Assembly (NCBI GenBank): GCA_964016885.1
Contig: OZ024742.1
Span: forward strand, 312,666,001-312,730,000
DNA: 64,000 nucleotides
DNA from: Eledone cirrhosa
Taxonomy: Eukaryota
Direction: 5' to 3'
How positions within the stretch are numbered: the stretch's first letter is position 1; each line of letters begins with the position of its first letter. Made by a program: the position numbers and the translations under genes. This document shows positions 26,051 to 38,572 of this stretch, piece after piece. The notes beneath the pieces are model-generated. The model ran no database searches, had not been told where the DNA came from, and worked only from the letters and a program-made list of their open reading frames with translations.

Positions 26051-26994
26051 GAAATGGTTCACCGAACAATCATCATCCATACAAACCATGTACTTAGAAA
26101 CATTGTATAGAAGCAGACATGATTTTATTTTGAATCACACTGTGTTAGTGCTATCACCAATTTAATGCGTAATTCATTTATCTCCTTTATGAGCATAATA
26201 AATAAATTGTCTGACAATATTAATATTTATCAATATTTTACACTTTATGCATATCGAGGAGAAAAACCAAAATGACCCCACCACATTCCACAAAAAACAA
26301 TAAAAGAACAAAAAAAGAAAACAATTATCTATTTATTAAATTATTTATTTATTTATGCTAATGGTTGAAGTAAACAAAACAACAACAAAAAACAACAACA
26401 AACAAACAAAAAACAAACAAACAAAAAAATAATAAATTATTTTCATAGACATTTCTGCTAATTAGCCATAACGAGCAGTTACATCATATGATTTTCATAG
26501 AGATATATTAACAATGAGATTCTACTTTGAAGATTTTTGCACATCTTATCAGTACGTTATTAAAATTATGAAGGAAATTTTATATTAGTCTTTGATATAT
26601 TTTAACACAGTAGCCATTACGTGCCTAGCATTGTTATGTGTAAGTTATTGCTACAAAATAGTCGTCAAAAATAAATATTATTTATCAGTACACATCAGCC
26701 TCAATTAAGTGAAAATGAATGTAAGTGAGACTGAGATAGATACAAATAGTGATAGATTGATGGATACACACACATATATATAACACAAGCACGTATATAT
26801 ATATATATATATATATATATAGGAAGAGACTTAGAGAGAATGAGAAAGAGAGAAAGAGAGAGAGTGCGTGTGTGTGAGAGAGAAAGAGGGTGGAATATGA
26901 GAGCTGTAGTGTAAATGATAGTGTGTGACTTTTAGAGAGACAGATGGATCATATATGTATAAATATATATATATGTGTGTATATATATATATAT

Positions 26995-27880
26995 ACAGTA
27001 GACAGCTTCTGCTACCTAGGTGACCGAATTAGCAACGGAGGTGGGTGTTCAGAAAGTACAATAACTAGGGTAAGAACGGGATGGAAGAAGTTTAGGGAAC
27101 TACTACCACTGCTAGCTGCAAAAGGCTTCTCCCTCAGAATGAAAGGCAGACTGTATGATGCGTGTATCCGAACAGCGATGTTGCATGGTAGTGAGACCTG
27201 GGCGCTGAAGGTGGAAGACTTACGTAGATTAGAGAGAAACGAAGCCTGCATGCTCCGATGGATGTGTAACAGTAATATACGCGAACGACAAAGCATAAAT
27301 GAATTGAGAGAGAGACTGAGCATAAGAGGAATCAAATGCTGTGTGCAGGAGAGGCGGTTGCGCTGGTATGGACATGTGATGCGTATGAAGGATGACAGCT
27401 GCATAAAAAGGTGCAGAGCACTAGAAGTTGATGGAAACCGCGGAGTGGGGAGACCCAAGATGACCTGGGATGAGGTGATAAAAGCCGACCTTACCCAACT
27501 ACACCTCTCAAAGACAATGACACACGACCGTGACTTCTGGCGTCACGCAGTAATACAGAGTACCCGACCTCCCATGGGTACATGCTGAAGCATATAAACA
27601 ATATGCTCCCCCCCCCACCGCAAGGTGGTCGTGGAGGTGCTATGGCAAAAAAGCACCCAGCCCACACTGTAAAGTGGACGTGTAGGCGCCACGAAAAAGC
27701 ACCCAGTACTCACTGTAAATGAGGTTGGTGTTAGGAAGGGCATCCAGCTGTAGAAATCAAGCCAGATCAGTTCCTGTATGAGCAAGGCATGGTCAGCCGA
27801 CCAGACACTGCCCACAACAGGACAACCCGTCTAACCTATGCTAGCGTGGAAGAACGGACGTAAAACGGTGATGATGATGA

Positions 27881-27884
<4 letters not shown>
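26995..27884 (+). mobile_element. RTE LINE subfamily B, 5'-truncated
   Basis: VDSFCYLGD...RLRWYGHVMR...GRPKMTW, 3' UTR and (GAT)n; both ends abut (TA)n. Confidence 0.92.
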
Positions 27885-27920
<36 letters not shown>

Positions 27921-28010
27921 TAATAATTGTGAAGACTAAAATTCAAAGAGGGCTCGATAAGGATAAATATATATCAAATATATAAGAATCCTAGAGCAAA
28001 TATTTATTAA

Positions 28011-28861
28011 AACAACAGATTAAAGTTTGAGCAAAGAATCGCTGCTTTCACCCTTAACGGGATCTTCTGAAACTAAAAAAATCAATCTGTGAACGCAGAA
28101 ATAAATATTTCGAAAAACGTTGCAACCGAAGGAAGACAGGAAAACGATACTTTGGTTCGTGAAGACGTTCCCTGGCAATGAACGGAAAAAAACGAAGATA
28201 AAACGCCGTTATGTGGTTTGGGGAGAATAATTAAACGCAACGACAAAACCACATTTATGATATAAATGAAGTCGTAGACTAATATTCTATTTAGGAAAGC
28301 GAATGATTTTCGGCTTCAGAGTTAAGAATAATGTAAATAAATTAGTGGAACGAAAATGACAAAGGTTATTAAAAACAATAATAAATATAACATACACACA
28401 TCCAAATACGTACATACACGTGCAAACAAACACCCGCCATGCATGCATAAACATGCACGTACACATAAACACGCACACACATACATAAACCCGCACGACA
28501 CATGTACCCGCACACATACGAACGTATACACCAAATACCATAAAAAAATATATATGTGTGTATGTATATAATTATATTAACGTATATAAATATACACACA
28601 TAAATACGTATATAACGCACGTACACACATACCTACAGGTAAATACACATATGTTCACCGAATGTACGTCAGCCAAAACACAAAGCACACATATACACAA
28701 CATACATACGTGCAAACACGCATACACGCATACACACACAAATACAAAATACACATATACACATAACCATATACACATAATATAATATATACACCTATAA
28801 CAAATACAAGCATATATGCGTACGAGAAAGTATACGTACCTTCACAAAACATACGGGTAAG
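28011..28861 (-). repeat. 3' pseudo-LTR of PLE-1 (inverted partner of 31114-31929)
   Basis: Reverse-complement identity read along the whole length. Confidence 0.88.
28024..28074 (-). ncRNA. Hammerhead-like motif with variant core (CAGAAGA) in PLE-1 pLTR
   Basis: agttt-CAGAAGA-tccc gttaa gggt-GAA-agca..tgct-C-aaact; U4 is replaced by A. Confidence 0.5.
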
Positions 28862-28948
28862 TTATACTTACCTATACAAATATGTAAAGATGTAAACATA
28901 AAACATACTTAGCTACCACATCAAGACGTAAATTATCCGCGTATTGTA

Positions 28949-30930
28949 CTATCCGCAAGGGTATAATGTGGGGCTGTAATACAGGAAAGTTTTATGCAAT
29001 TTATGTTTACAAGCCGAAATTGCCTCAGATTTTTTGTTTAAGATGTTGTCATTGGCGTAGAGTATTTCCAGGGCTTCGACGGCGCAAAGATCACATGGTC
29101 TTTCATTTCCGTTATACGATCTAGCCTTAGCTAGGATCTCCCAGTGTAACCTATATTGGGGGTGGTTGTCTTTTAGACTCCAGATATAAGCTGAAAGTGA
29201 CATCATATTCCTTCTTAAAGGGTTAAGAAAATAATGGGTGTGCATGTAAAGGCGCTGCTTGAATCTATTGGCGGGTAACCCTATGTAGGCCCTACTAGAC
29301 GTGGGTGTTTCGACCTTACATTTGTAGACAATGTTACTGGAGAGGCATTTCCCGGATAGAGGGCAGTCAACCCGATTCCTACAATTACAGTTAGTACTAG
29401 CTACAGGGTTGCACGTGTTACTACGGCTAGGTAATTTAGCTAAATTTGAAGCAATGATGTTATGTGCAAAATTAGGAGTCGTAGAGTAAGATATTTTAAT
29501 GGTATTTCTATTAAAAATATTATTATATTTATGTGCTGAGGGGAAATGCTTCTTAATAAGGGAGAGAAAAATCTTAGCTAATGGTGCGGCCACCTCCATA
29601 TTATATGATAGGTTAAACCATATAATGAGTCGGAATCTATTTTTCCTTGGTCTATACTCATACTTAGTATATGCTACCTTATCGACAAATCCACTCCGAG
29701 CAAGAACTTCATTGTAATATGTGGAATGGTCGGTGAAAATATGCTCGTTTGTAGATAGACGGGAAAGCCTCAAAGAAACGTTTGTTACTAGGTTCTTGGT
29801 TATGCTGGCAGGATGGTTAGAATGCTTGCTTATGTAATTAAGCGTATCATTCGGCTTTCTATACGGGTAGTGCAAGCCATTCGACAAATTGAGGGTAACG
29901 TCGAGGTAATTAACGACCGAGAGGTTGGCCTCAACCTGTATGGAGAGGTTGAAGCCTTTAAAGAAGGCTGTGAGTTATTTTCTGAACTTGTCGCAAGCGC
30001 GTGGACCGCACTTTGTCATGGTCAAAAGACCATCATCACGGTACAAACCACCGCCCACATTGGGGAATTCTTCCTTGATAGAGAAAAGAGGGAAAAGGCC
30101 GATAAAATCTGTAACCTCCGCCGAATCGCTGGCGCCCATACTCACGTCGAATGGGGTACTATTAGATTTTTTTTATCCAAATAGAGTTGTCGAAATTAAT
30201 CACATACTTACGGGCATTGAGGATGACATCAACTTCGAAATCCTTAACCACCGTGAGCATTTTAGCGAAATTGATAGCTCTAAGAAGAAGTGGTAAAGTG
30301 ATTGAGGAGTAGTAGTTATTGATGTCGAATTGGATAAAACGGCAATGTTCCTTGTTGCATATGCCATTGAACCAATCAATCACCGCGAAAGAATTATTCC
30401 ACAGTGCAAGAGGGGCCAAACTTCTAATTTCAGGTATAATTCTATCTAAAATCCTTTTACTAAGTCTACCTAAATCAGACTTCGTAGGGTTAATAAGCCG
30501 AATAGAGGGGCTGTTGACGAAATTGGGTTTATGATCCTTCGGTGTAAAGTGGGGAGCAATTAGGATCCAAAGGTTCAGTCCAGTCCTGAATGTTGAGTTC
30601 AGAAGTGATTTTAAACCTAGCATCGTTGATGTCATTAATGGCACGCCGATTGGTTTTCCGGTAATCCTTAGTTACAGCATTATGTAGCAGTTGAAGGTAA
30701 GTATTGCGTCCACTTGAAATAGATTGCCAGTTTTGTCGGAGTAGACGTGCACGGCATTAGAACCCTTAATAGAACGAATTTTATTCTTCAGGTTCTGCTG
30801 GAAGGAATTGCTTCTATTCCGAAATTTCATACTCCGTATGAGTTCCAATACATCATTTTCGAAGGGTAGCAATGCTGGGTTACTCGGAGGGTTATTATAA
30901 GTTTTAAACCCAAATTTATCCCGTTTATTG
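28949..30930 (-). pseudogene. Frameshifted Penelope-like RT/GIY-YIG polyprotein
   Basis: Track ORFs 30672-30872, 30162-30644 and 28949-29887 are consecutive pieces of one PLE protein. Confidence 0.88.
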
Positions 30931-31113
30931 TCCGCTTTCCCTAGTTATCAAAATAAAAGGCACGCCAACGCAACCTTTTAAGGAACGAATCCGTTTTCTG
31001 TATCAGAAGTTTCAGGTATGCCTTCCTGCTAGGTACGGGTATGTTCTTTGTAGAAATATTCAGGTGTTGTTTCTGCATGATGAATATAAGTCAATAGAGT
31101 GCTCAACCGAGGG

Positions 31114-31929
31114 CTTACCTGTATGTTTTGTGAAGGTACGTATACTTTCTCGTACGTATATATGCTTGTATTTGTTATAGGTGTATATATTATATTATAT
31201 ATACTGTTATATGTGTATATGGTTATGTGTATATGTGTATTTTGTGTTTGTGGGTGTATGCGTGTTTGCACGTATGTAAGGTGTGTGTATATGTGTACTT
31301 TGTGTTCTGGTTGACGTACATTCGGTGAACATATGTGTATTTACCTGTAGGTATGTGTGCGTGCGTTATATACGAATTTATGTGTGTATATTTATATACG
31401 TTAATATAATTATATACATACACACATATATATTTTTTATGTGTATTTGGTGAATACGTTCGTATGTGTGCGGGTACATGTGTCGTGCGGGTTTATGTAT
31501 GTGTGTTTATGTGTACGTGCATGTTTATGCATGCATGGCGGGTGTTTGTTTGCACGTATATGTACGTATTTGGATGCGTGTATGTTATATTTATTATTGT
31601 TTTTAATAACCTTTGTCATTTTCGTTCCACTAATTTATTCGGTTTCCTAAATAGAATATTAGTCTAGGACTTCATTTATACCATAAACATGGTTTTGTCT
31701 TTGCGTGTAATTGTTCTCCCGCCCCACATAACGACGTTTTATCTTCGCTTTTTTCCGTTCATTGCCAGGGAACGTCTTCACACACCAACGTATCGTCTTC
31801 CGATCTTCCTTCGGTTGCAACGTTTTTCGAAATATTTACTTCTACGTTCACAGATTGATTTTTTTAGTTTCAGAAGATCCCGTTAAGGGTGAAAGCAGCG
31901 ATTCTTTGCTTAAACTTTAATATCTGTTA
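31114..31929 (+). repeat. Inverted pseudo-LTR copy at the 5' side of PLE-1
   Basis: cttacctgtatgttttgtgaagg (31114) is the reverse complement of ~28839-28861; the match continues to ~31928. Confidence 0.88.
31866..31916 (+). ncRNA. Hammerhead-like motif with variant core (CAGAAGA), inverted pLTR copy
   Basis: Same fold as 28024-28074; cleavage triplet CUU. Confidence 0.5.
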
Positions 31930-32267
31930 TTTTAATATATATATAGATATTTTTTAATATATATATATATATGTTATTTTGCCCGAGAAAATATCTGTGT
32001 GTGTCATCAAATGTTGTACACACATAGATATTTTTTCAATTTCCAATTGAGTTCTTAGCACGTGGCCTGAATTCCTTTCAGAATTCATTGTCATGCGCAT
32101 GTATTGTTTTTTTAGCGGTAATTTACTTCCTCATTTTACAAATCAGTTTGAGCACTTCTTTAAAACTGCTGGACTGGCAACCTGACAGATACCTCAGGCA
32201 CAGAGGATGATGATTATCGCTCAATACTGATGTTGGTTAGATTATCAATATTAGTATTATTGGGGCA

Positions 32268-32394
32268 CCCACTGATGAATTATAGGAGCCCACTTGAATA
32301 TATATCTATTGATGGTATATAAGCTCCTACATAAATTGGTATAATTTCACCCAAATTGTAGGAATCCTATAATGAAACGAGACGTCCGTCTGGG
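32268..32394 (+). ncRNA. Type I hammerhead ribozyme, array unit 1
   Basis: CCCA-CUGAUGA(32272-8)-attatagga...tcctataat-GAA-acg agacgtc cgt-C(32390)-UGGG. Confidence 0.78.
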
Positions 32395-32974
32395 AAGAGA
32401 TATATTAGATATGTCTCATATGAAATAATACAGCCAATTTTCCACGCAATACTTTTAGTTAGCATCCCGAACGCATAATTGGGAATATAATCACTTATTT
32501 CCTAATGTTTGTTGAGTGTGTTGGAATTTGGCCGGAGTATCGCTAAAAAGCTTTCTCCGATATTGTATTTATTTATTTACTCTTGGTGCAGCAGATTCGA
32601 AAAAATTCCTGGTATAAGGTTAGCATTTCTTTGTTTATTTTTTATATATGAATATTGATTGTTCCTTATATCTCATTCTGTTATTTTGCCCGAGAAAATA
32701 TCTGTGTGTGTCATCAAATGTTGTACACACATAGATATTTTTTCAATTTCCAATTGAGTTCTAAGCACGTGGCCTGAATTCCTTTCAGAATTCATTGTCA
32801 TGCGCATGTATTGTTTTTTTGGCGGTAATTTACTTCCTAATTTTTTGAATCAGTTTGAGCACTTCTTTAGAACTGCTGGACTGGCAACCTGACAGATACC
32901 TCAGGCACAGAGGATGATGATTATCGCTCAATACTGATGTTGGTTAGATTATCAATATTAGTATTATTGGGGCA

Positions 32975-33101
32975 CCCACTGATGAATTATAGGAGCCCAC
33001 TTGAATATATATCTATTGATGGTATATAAGCTCCTACATAAATTGGTATAATTTCACCCAAATTGTAGGAATCCTATAATGAAACGAGACGTCCGTCTGG
33101 G
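32975..33101 (+). ncRNA. Type I hammerhead ribozyme, array unit 2
   Basis: Same as unit 1; GUC at 33095-33097. Confidence 0.78.
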
Positions 33102-33678
33102 AAGAGATATATTAAATATGTCTCATATGAAATAATACAGCCAATTTTCCACGTAATACTTTTAGTTAGCACCCCGAACGAATAATTGGGAATATAATCA
33201 TTTATTTCCTAATGTTTGTTGAGTGAGTTGGAACTGTCCGGAGTATCGCTAAAAAGCTTTCTCCGATATTGTATTTATTTATTTACTCTTGGTGAAGCAG
33301 ATTCGAAAAAATTCCCGGTATAAGGTTAGCATTTCTTTGTTTATTTTTTATATATGAATATTGATTGTTCCTTATATCTCATTCTGTTATTTTGCCCGAG
33401 AAAATATCTGTGTGTCATCAAATGTTGTACACACATTGATAATTTTTCAATTTCCAATTGAGTTCTTAGCACGTGGCCTGAATTCCTTTCAGAATTCATT
33501 GTCATGTGCATGTATTGTTTTTTTGGCGGTAATTTACTTCCTCATTTTTTGAATCAGTTTGAGCACTTCTTTAGAACTGCTGGACTGGCAACCTGACAGA
33601 TACCTCAGGCACAGAGGATGATGATTATCGCTAAATACTGATGTTGGTTAGATTATAAATATTAGTATTATTGGGGCA

Positions 33679-33805
33679 CCCACTGATGAATTATAGGAGC
33701 CCACTTGAATATATATCTATTGATGGTATATAAGCTCCTACATAAATTGGTATAATTTCACCCAAATTGTAGGAATCCTATAATGAAACGAGACGTCCGC
33801 CTGGG
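33679..33805 (+). ncRNA. Hammerhead, array unit 3, cleavage triplet mutated (GUC to GCC)
   Basis: Sequence reads gacgtccgcctggg instead of gacgtccgtctggg. Confidence 0.7.
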
Positions 33806-33829
33806 AAGAGATATATTAGATATGTCTCA

Positions 33830-34687
33830 TCTATATATATAAAACTGTGGTTGTCTGTCTGTCTATCGATTTTTGGCACACATCTCCTCTTAGAATCTCT
33901 GACGGAATTGCACCGAAATTGCTATACTTGTACATTGAGCCCTAGCGAAGACATCGGAAAAAAAATATTTCAAATTGACCCACCCTATGTGACGAAATCG
34001 AATATAATGTATCGATTTTTCAGCGTAAGTTATCAGTTATTTCCCTTTGTTCTGTTTACATTGAGCGTCTTACGTAAAAAATTACGCTGGCTTTCTCAGC
34101 GTTTAAAATGACATTAACACAATACACGAACAGTTGTCGAGCCAGCAAAATATTGACCTGCAAAATTCATCAGTTCGAACACTAAGCTTCCGTTTTGCTT
34201 CATTTCCATTTAAAAGCCTTTTAAAACAATATTTTTACTTGAAAACAAGTCTATTTAAAGACTACGTAAAACAAGCAAATATTTCGTCGTTAGGCGTGCA
34301 GACAGACAGTCGTGCAGAGAGGTGATATAGGCGTGCAGACAGACAGTCGTGCAGAGAGGTGATATAGGCGTGCAGACAGACATAACTGATAATTTGGTTA
34401 CGCTAATGTTTTTATCTGCGTTGCAGTGTTTACATTTTCGATCTTTGTTAATAAATAACCAGTGCAGTTTTTATCCCCAGCATCCTCTTTTGTTATAACA
34501 TTCGGGTTATGGTTATGTTTTCTTAACTTCATAAGGCATATTGTTGTTTGAGGGAATATTAATCAAAAACACCACATGCAAGTCTGCACAGTAGACACTA
34601 CAGTTTTTAAGCCAAAAAAGAAACTTAACATTGTAACTTTAACACAGCTACTGAGCGACCCCGAGCAACGCCGGGCTTTACTGCTAG
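33830..34687 (+). mobile_element. Non-autonomous Helitron (858 bp)
   Basis: Starts TC, ends CTAG, subterminal hairpin cccgagcaacgccggg at 34660-34675; inserted between A and T of gtctca|tatgaaa with no TSD (empty site visible in the other units). Confidence 0.92.
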
Positions 34688-35240
34688 TATGAAATAATAC
34701 AGCCAATTTTCCACGTAATACTTTTAGTTAGCACCCCGAACGAATAATTGGGAATATAATCATTTATTTCCCAATGTTTGTTGAGTGAGTTGGAACTTGG
34801 CCGGAGTATCGCTAAAAAGCTTTCTCCGATATTGTATTTATTTATTTACTCTTGGTGAAGCAGATTCGAAAAAATTCCCGGTATAAGGTTAGCATTTCTT
34901 TGTTTATTTTTTATATATGAATATTGATTGTTCCTTATATCTCATTCTGTTATTTTGCCCGAGAAAATATCTGTGTGTCATCAAATGTTGTACACACATT
35001 GATAATTTTTCAATTTCCAATTGAGTTCTTAGCACGTGGCCTGAATTCCTTTCAGAATTCATTGTCATGTGCATGTATTGTATTTTGGCGGTAATTTACT
35101 TCCTCATTTTTTGAATCAGTTTGAGCACTTCTTTAGAACTGCTGGACTGGCAACCTGACAGATACCTCAGGCACAGAGAATGATGATTATCGCTCAATAC
35201 TGATGTTGGTTAGATTATCAATATTAGTATTATTGGGGCA

Positions 35241-35367
35241 CCCACTGATGAATTATAGGAGCCCACTTGAATATATATCTATTGATGGTATATAAGCTCC
35301 TACATAAATTGGTATAATTTCACCCAAATTGTAGGAATCCTATAATGAAACGAGACGTCCGTCTGGG
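35241..35367 (+). ncRNA. Type I hammerhead ribozyme, array unit 4
   Basis: CUGAUGA 35245-35251; GUC 35361-35363. Confidence 0.78.
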
Positions 35368-35538
35368 AAGAGATATATTAGATATGTCTCATATGAAATA
35401 ATACAGCCAATTTTCCACGCAATACTTTTAGTTAACACCCCGAACATATAATTGGGAATATAATCACTTATTTCCTAATGTTTGTTGAGTGTGTTGGAAT
35501 TTGGCCGGAGTATCGCTAAAAAGCTTTCTCCGATATTG

Positions 35539-35623
<85 letters not shown>

Positions 35624-35792
35624 ACAGTGAGAAAGAGACGATTATTAGGAAGAAAAATATATTTTTTTCCTATTTTGTTTCTCAGTCTCTTTTTTCTGGG
35701 TTAGAAAATGATTAAAACGAAATGCTTTACTTTGTGTGAAGTGTTAAGGTATTTGTTAAGGTATTTATTTATTATTTATATATATATATATA

Positions 35793-35880
<88 letters not shown>

Positions 35881-36191
35881 TAGGTATCCACTGTAAGTTG
35901 TGGGGTCTATTCTGTATGAAGAACTCAATGTAATCCATATGTTGGAAATGTTGTAGGTTAAGATAAATCTCAGAAAACAATAAAACATTAAAAGGAAAAC
36001 AGAGTCATGATATAAGTTGGAACAATGAAATAAAAAATCAAATCATTAGATATATACTCCACTGCTTTACGATCGTTTCTATATGGTGATAATACATTGT
36101 ATCTATACTCAGTTATTGATCTATGTAAGTTTACAAACTATCAGATAGAGAGAATATTTACTTACATGCATGTCACCAGCTGTTTATTACG

Positions 36192-37890
36192 ATGGGATCC
36201 ATGGACTCTGCTCAAGTTACAGACCTCGTTGGACTATTTCTGCTCTATAACATTAATGACTCTTTTCCCCACCTCAACGGTGGTCTTTATCGGGATGATT
36301 GTCTATTGTTATCTAACAATCTTAGCAATTAAAATATAGAGAAGAACAAAAAGCAAATTAGAAAATTCCTCAAGGACTATTACAGCCTTAACATCACTTT
36401 TGAAAACACTTCAAAAGTAGCTAATTTCCTTAATGTTACCTTAGATCTCTCTATGAATACTTATCATCCATACCACAAACCTTACCAGATCTACATTATG
36501 TACATTCACGATCTAACCACCCAGGCTCTATACTCAAGAACTTAGTATATAACATTTCTCTTAGACTTTCTAAATTATCTTCCAATGAAGATATATTTTA
36601 TAATAATGCACCCTTCTACAACGAGGCCTTAACTAGAAGTGGATATAAAGAAAAAATCTCATATATCCCCAACACTACTATGGACCAAAACATAAAACCT
36701 AACAAAAACTACAAACACCAAAAAATACCATTGAAACAAATACCTAAAGTGGTTATTCCTATTACACCAAACAACCGAAAAACCACAACAACTATTACTA
36801 CACGATCAATGACCAATGTTATCAACCCACATATGAATACTAAGCACTCAAAATCTCATAATCTACCCCAAAATAACACCAAATACAACCACGATGATTT
36901 ACCAAATTCCACAAATAAGGACACTAACCATAGGAACTCTTCTAGAACACAACACAATAATATAAGGGATAATAAAAACTTAACTAAAAACCGCAAAAGA
37001 AACATAACATGATACAACGCACCCTTCAACCTGCAAACTATTGGACAAATCCCCCCCAAAATTTTTGAAATACTACATAAACATTTTCCACCAAACCACA
37101 GATACCACCAAATATTTAACAAATATACTGTTAAATTCTCATACTCTACATCAAACAATCTCAAACAAAAAATAAGCAACTGCAACATTTATAAACTTAA
37201 AAATAATATGACTACACCACTGCAACATAATTTAAATAGGACTGCACCTTTTAAAAAGACAAATAATACAATCCTTCAACCTAGAAAACACAACCACCCA
37301 AATCACCAACACAAAAACAACAGAACACAAAATTACAATACAACTCTAGCACCAAACCACCCACAAAGCAACCTTCATTCTCCTGCTATCATTAATTACA
37401 ATAGCAATAGATCAAGAATAAATGAGAATAGTATAGGCACCCCCCAAAACCATCTTACGTATGGCTGTAATTGCAGAAATAGAAGCATTTGCCCCTTAAA
37501 TGGAAACTGTTTGATAAATAATGTAGTATATAAATGCACTGTGCTACTACAGACTCCAACAAAACATATATAGGATCTACATCAAACGCATTTAAGAAAA
37601 GATTTTACGCGCACACTAGTAGTTTCAACAATACTAAACTAGCAAACACCACATCTTTAGCTGAAGCGGTAAATAATTATAAAAAGAAAAAAATAGATTT
37701 TAAGTTATCGTGGAACACCATTCTACAAAAAACTCCATATCTTGGAAACAGGAGGGAATGGGGATTCTGTTCAGGAGAGATCTTAGAAATTAATAAATCT
37801 AAGGACGATTTATTAAATAAAAGACAGGAATTGATCATAGTCTGTAATCACCGTATACGAAAAACATTTAAATACTATAAACCTAATTAA
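36192..37890 (+). pseudogene. Frameshifted Penelope-like RT (C-terminal half) + GIY-YIG
   Basis: Manual translation plus track ORFs 36680-37012, 37208-37573 and 37534-37890. Confidence 0.85.
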
Positions 37891-38541
37891 ATACTATAAA
37901 CCTAATTAAATATTCTAAATAGCAACTCACTATAATTCCGTATTGAATAACATTTATTAGTACCTCTTTCCCCTAATTATATGCTTTCATGCTTATTTTT
38001 GCCTTTTAATGTTTTAGCTTCCTTAGATTTATGCGTTAATTACTAAAGGCAGCAAGATACACAGCCACCCGTAATTGCATGAGAGAAAATAAACATCTAT
38101 GTATGATATGGAAATATATTTATGTGTGTATATATTTGTGTGTATATATGAATATTTCCAGATACTTTTTAGGTATGACTTTCCGTATTTATCCTTTGTA
38201 TGAAATATTGATTGTTCTTCCGGTATCATATCTCTGTTTTTAGCCTAAGAAAATACCTATATGCGTGTATAAATAATACATGCATATATTTATTTTTTTA
38301 TATCCAATTCAGTTCTTCACGCATGGTTAACATTATTGAAAGAATTAATTGACCCACGTGCATATTATTTTATTATTTTATGTTTTGCGATGACCTCCCC
38401 TTTCTGCATATTTGCACATTTGTCGGGCATCCACATGTAAGAAGAGTATACATATGCTCACACAAGTGTGTATATATATATATGTATGTGTGTTGTATAT
38501 GTATATATATATGTGTGTGTATGTATGTGTATATATATATG

Positions 38542-38572
<31 letters not shown>

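Larger units (their letters stand above)
27913..31930 (-). mobile_element. Penelope-like element 1 (RT + GIY-YIG) with inverted pseudo-LTR copies
   Basis: ORF fragments with DKT, FDI, GGLYRDDG (manual reading), PYRKP..SNHP, CNCRNRVDCPL, AYIG, CDLC, LNK; ~820-850-bp inverted repeats at 28011-28861 and 31114-31929. Confidence 0.9.
31972..35543 (+). repeat. Tandem array of ~707-bp units (~3.8 copies), each with a hammerhead; candidate retrozyme / non-autonomous PLE derivative
   Basis: 'tgttattttgcccgagaaaa' at 31972, 32679, 33385 and ~34948 (offset by an 858-bp Helitron); bounded by (TA)n on both sides. Confidence 0.92.
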
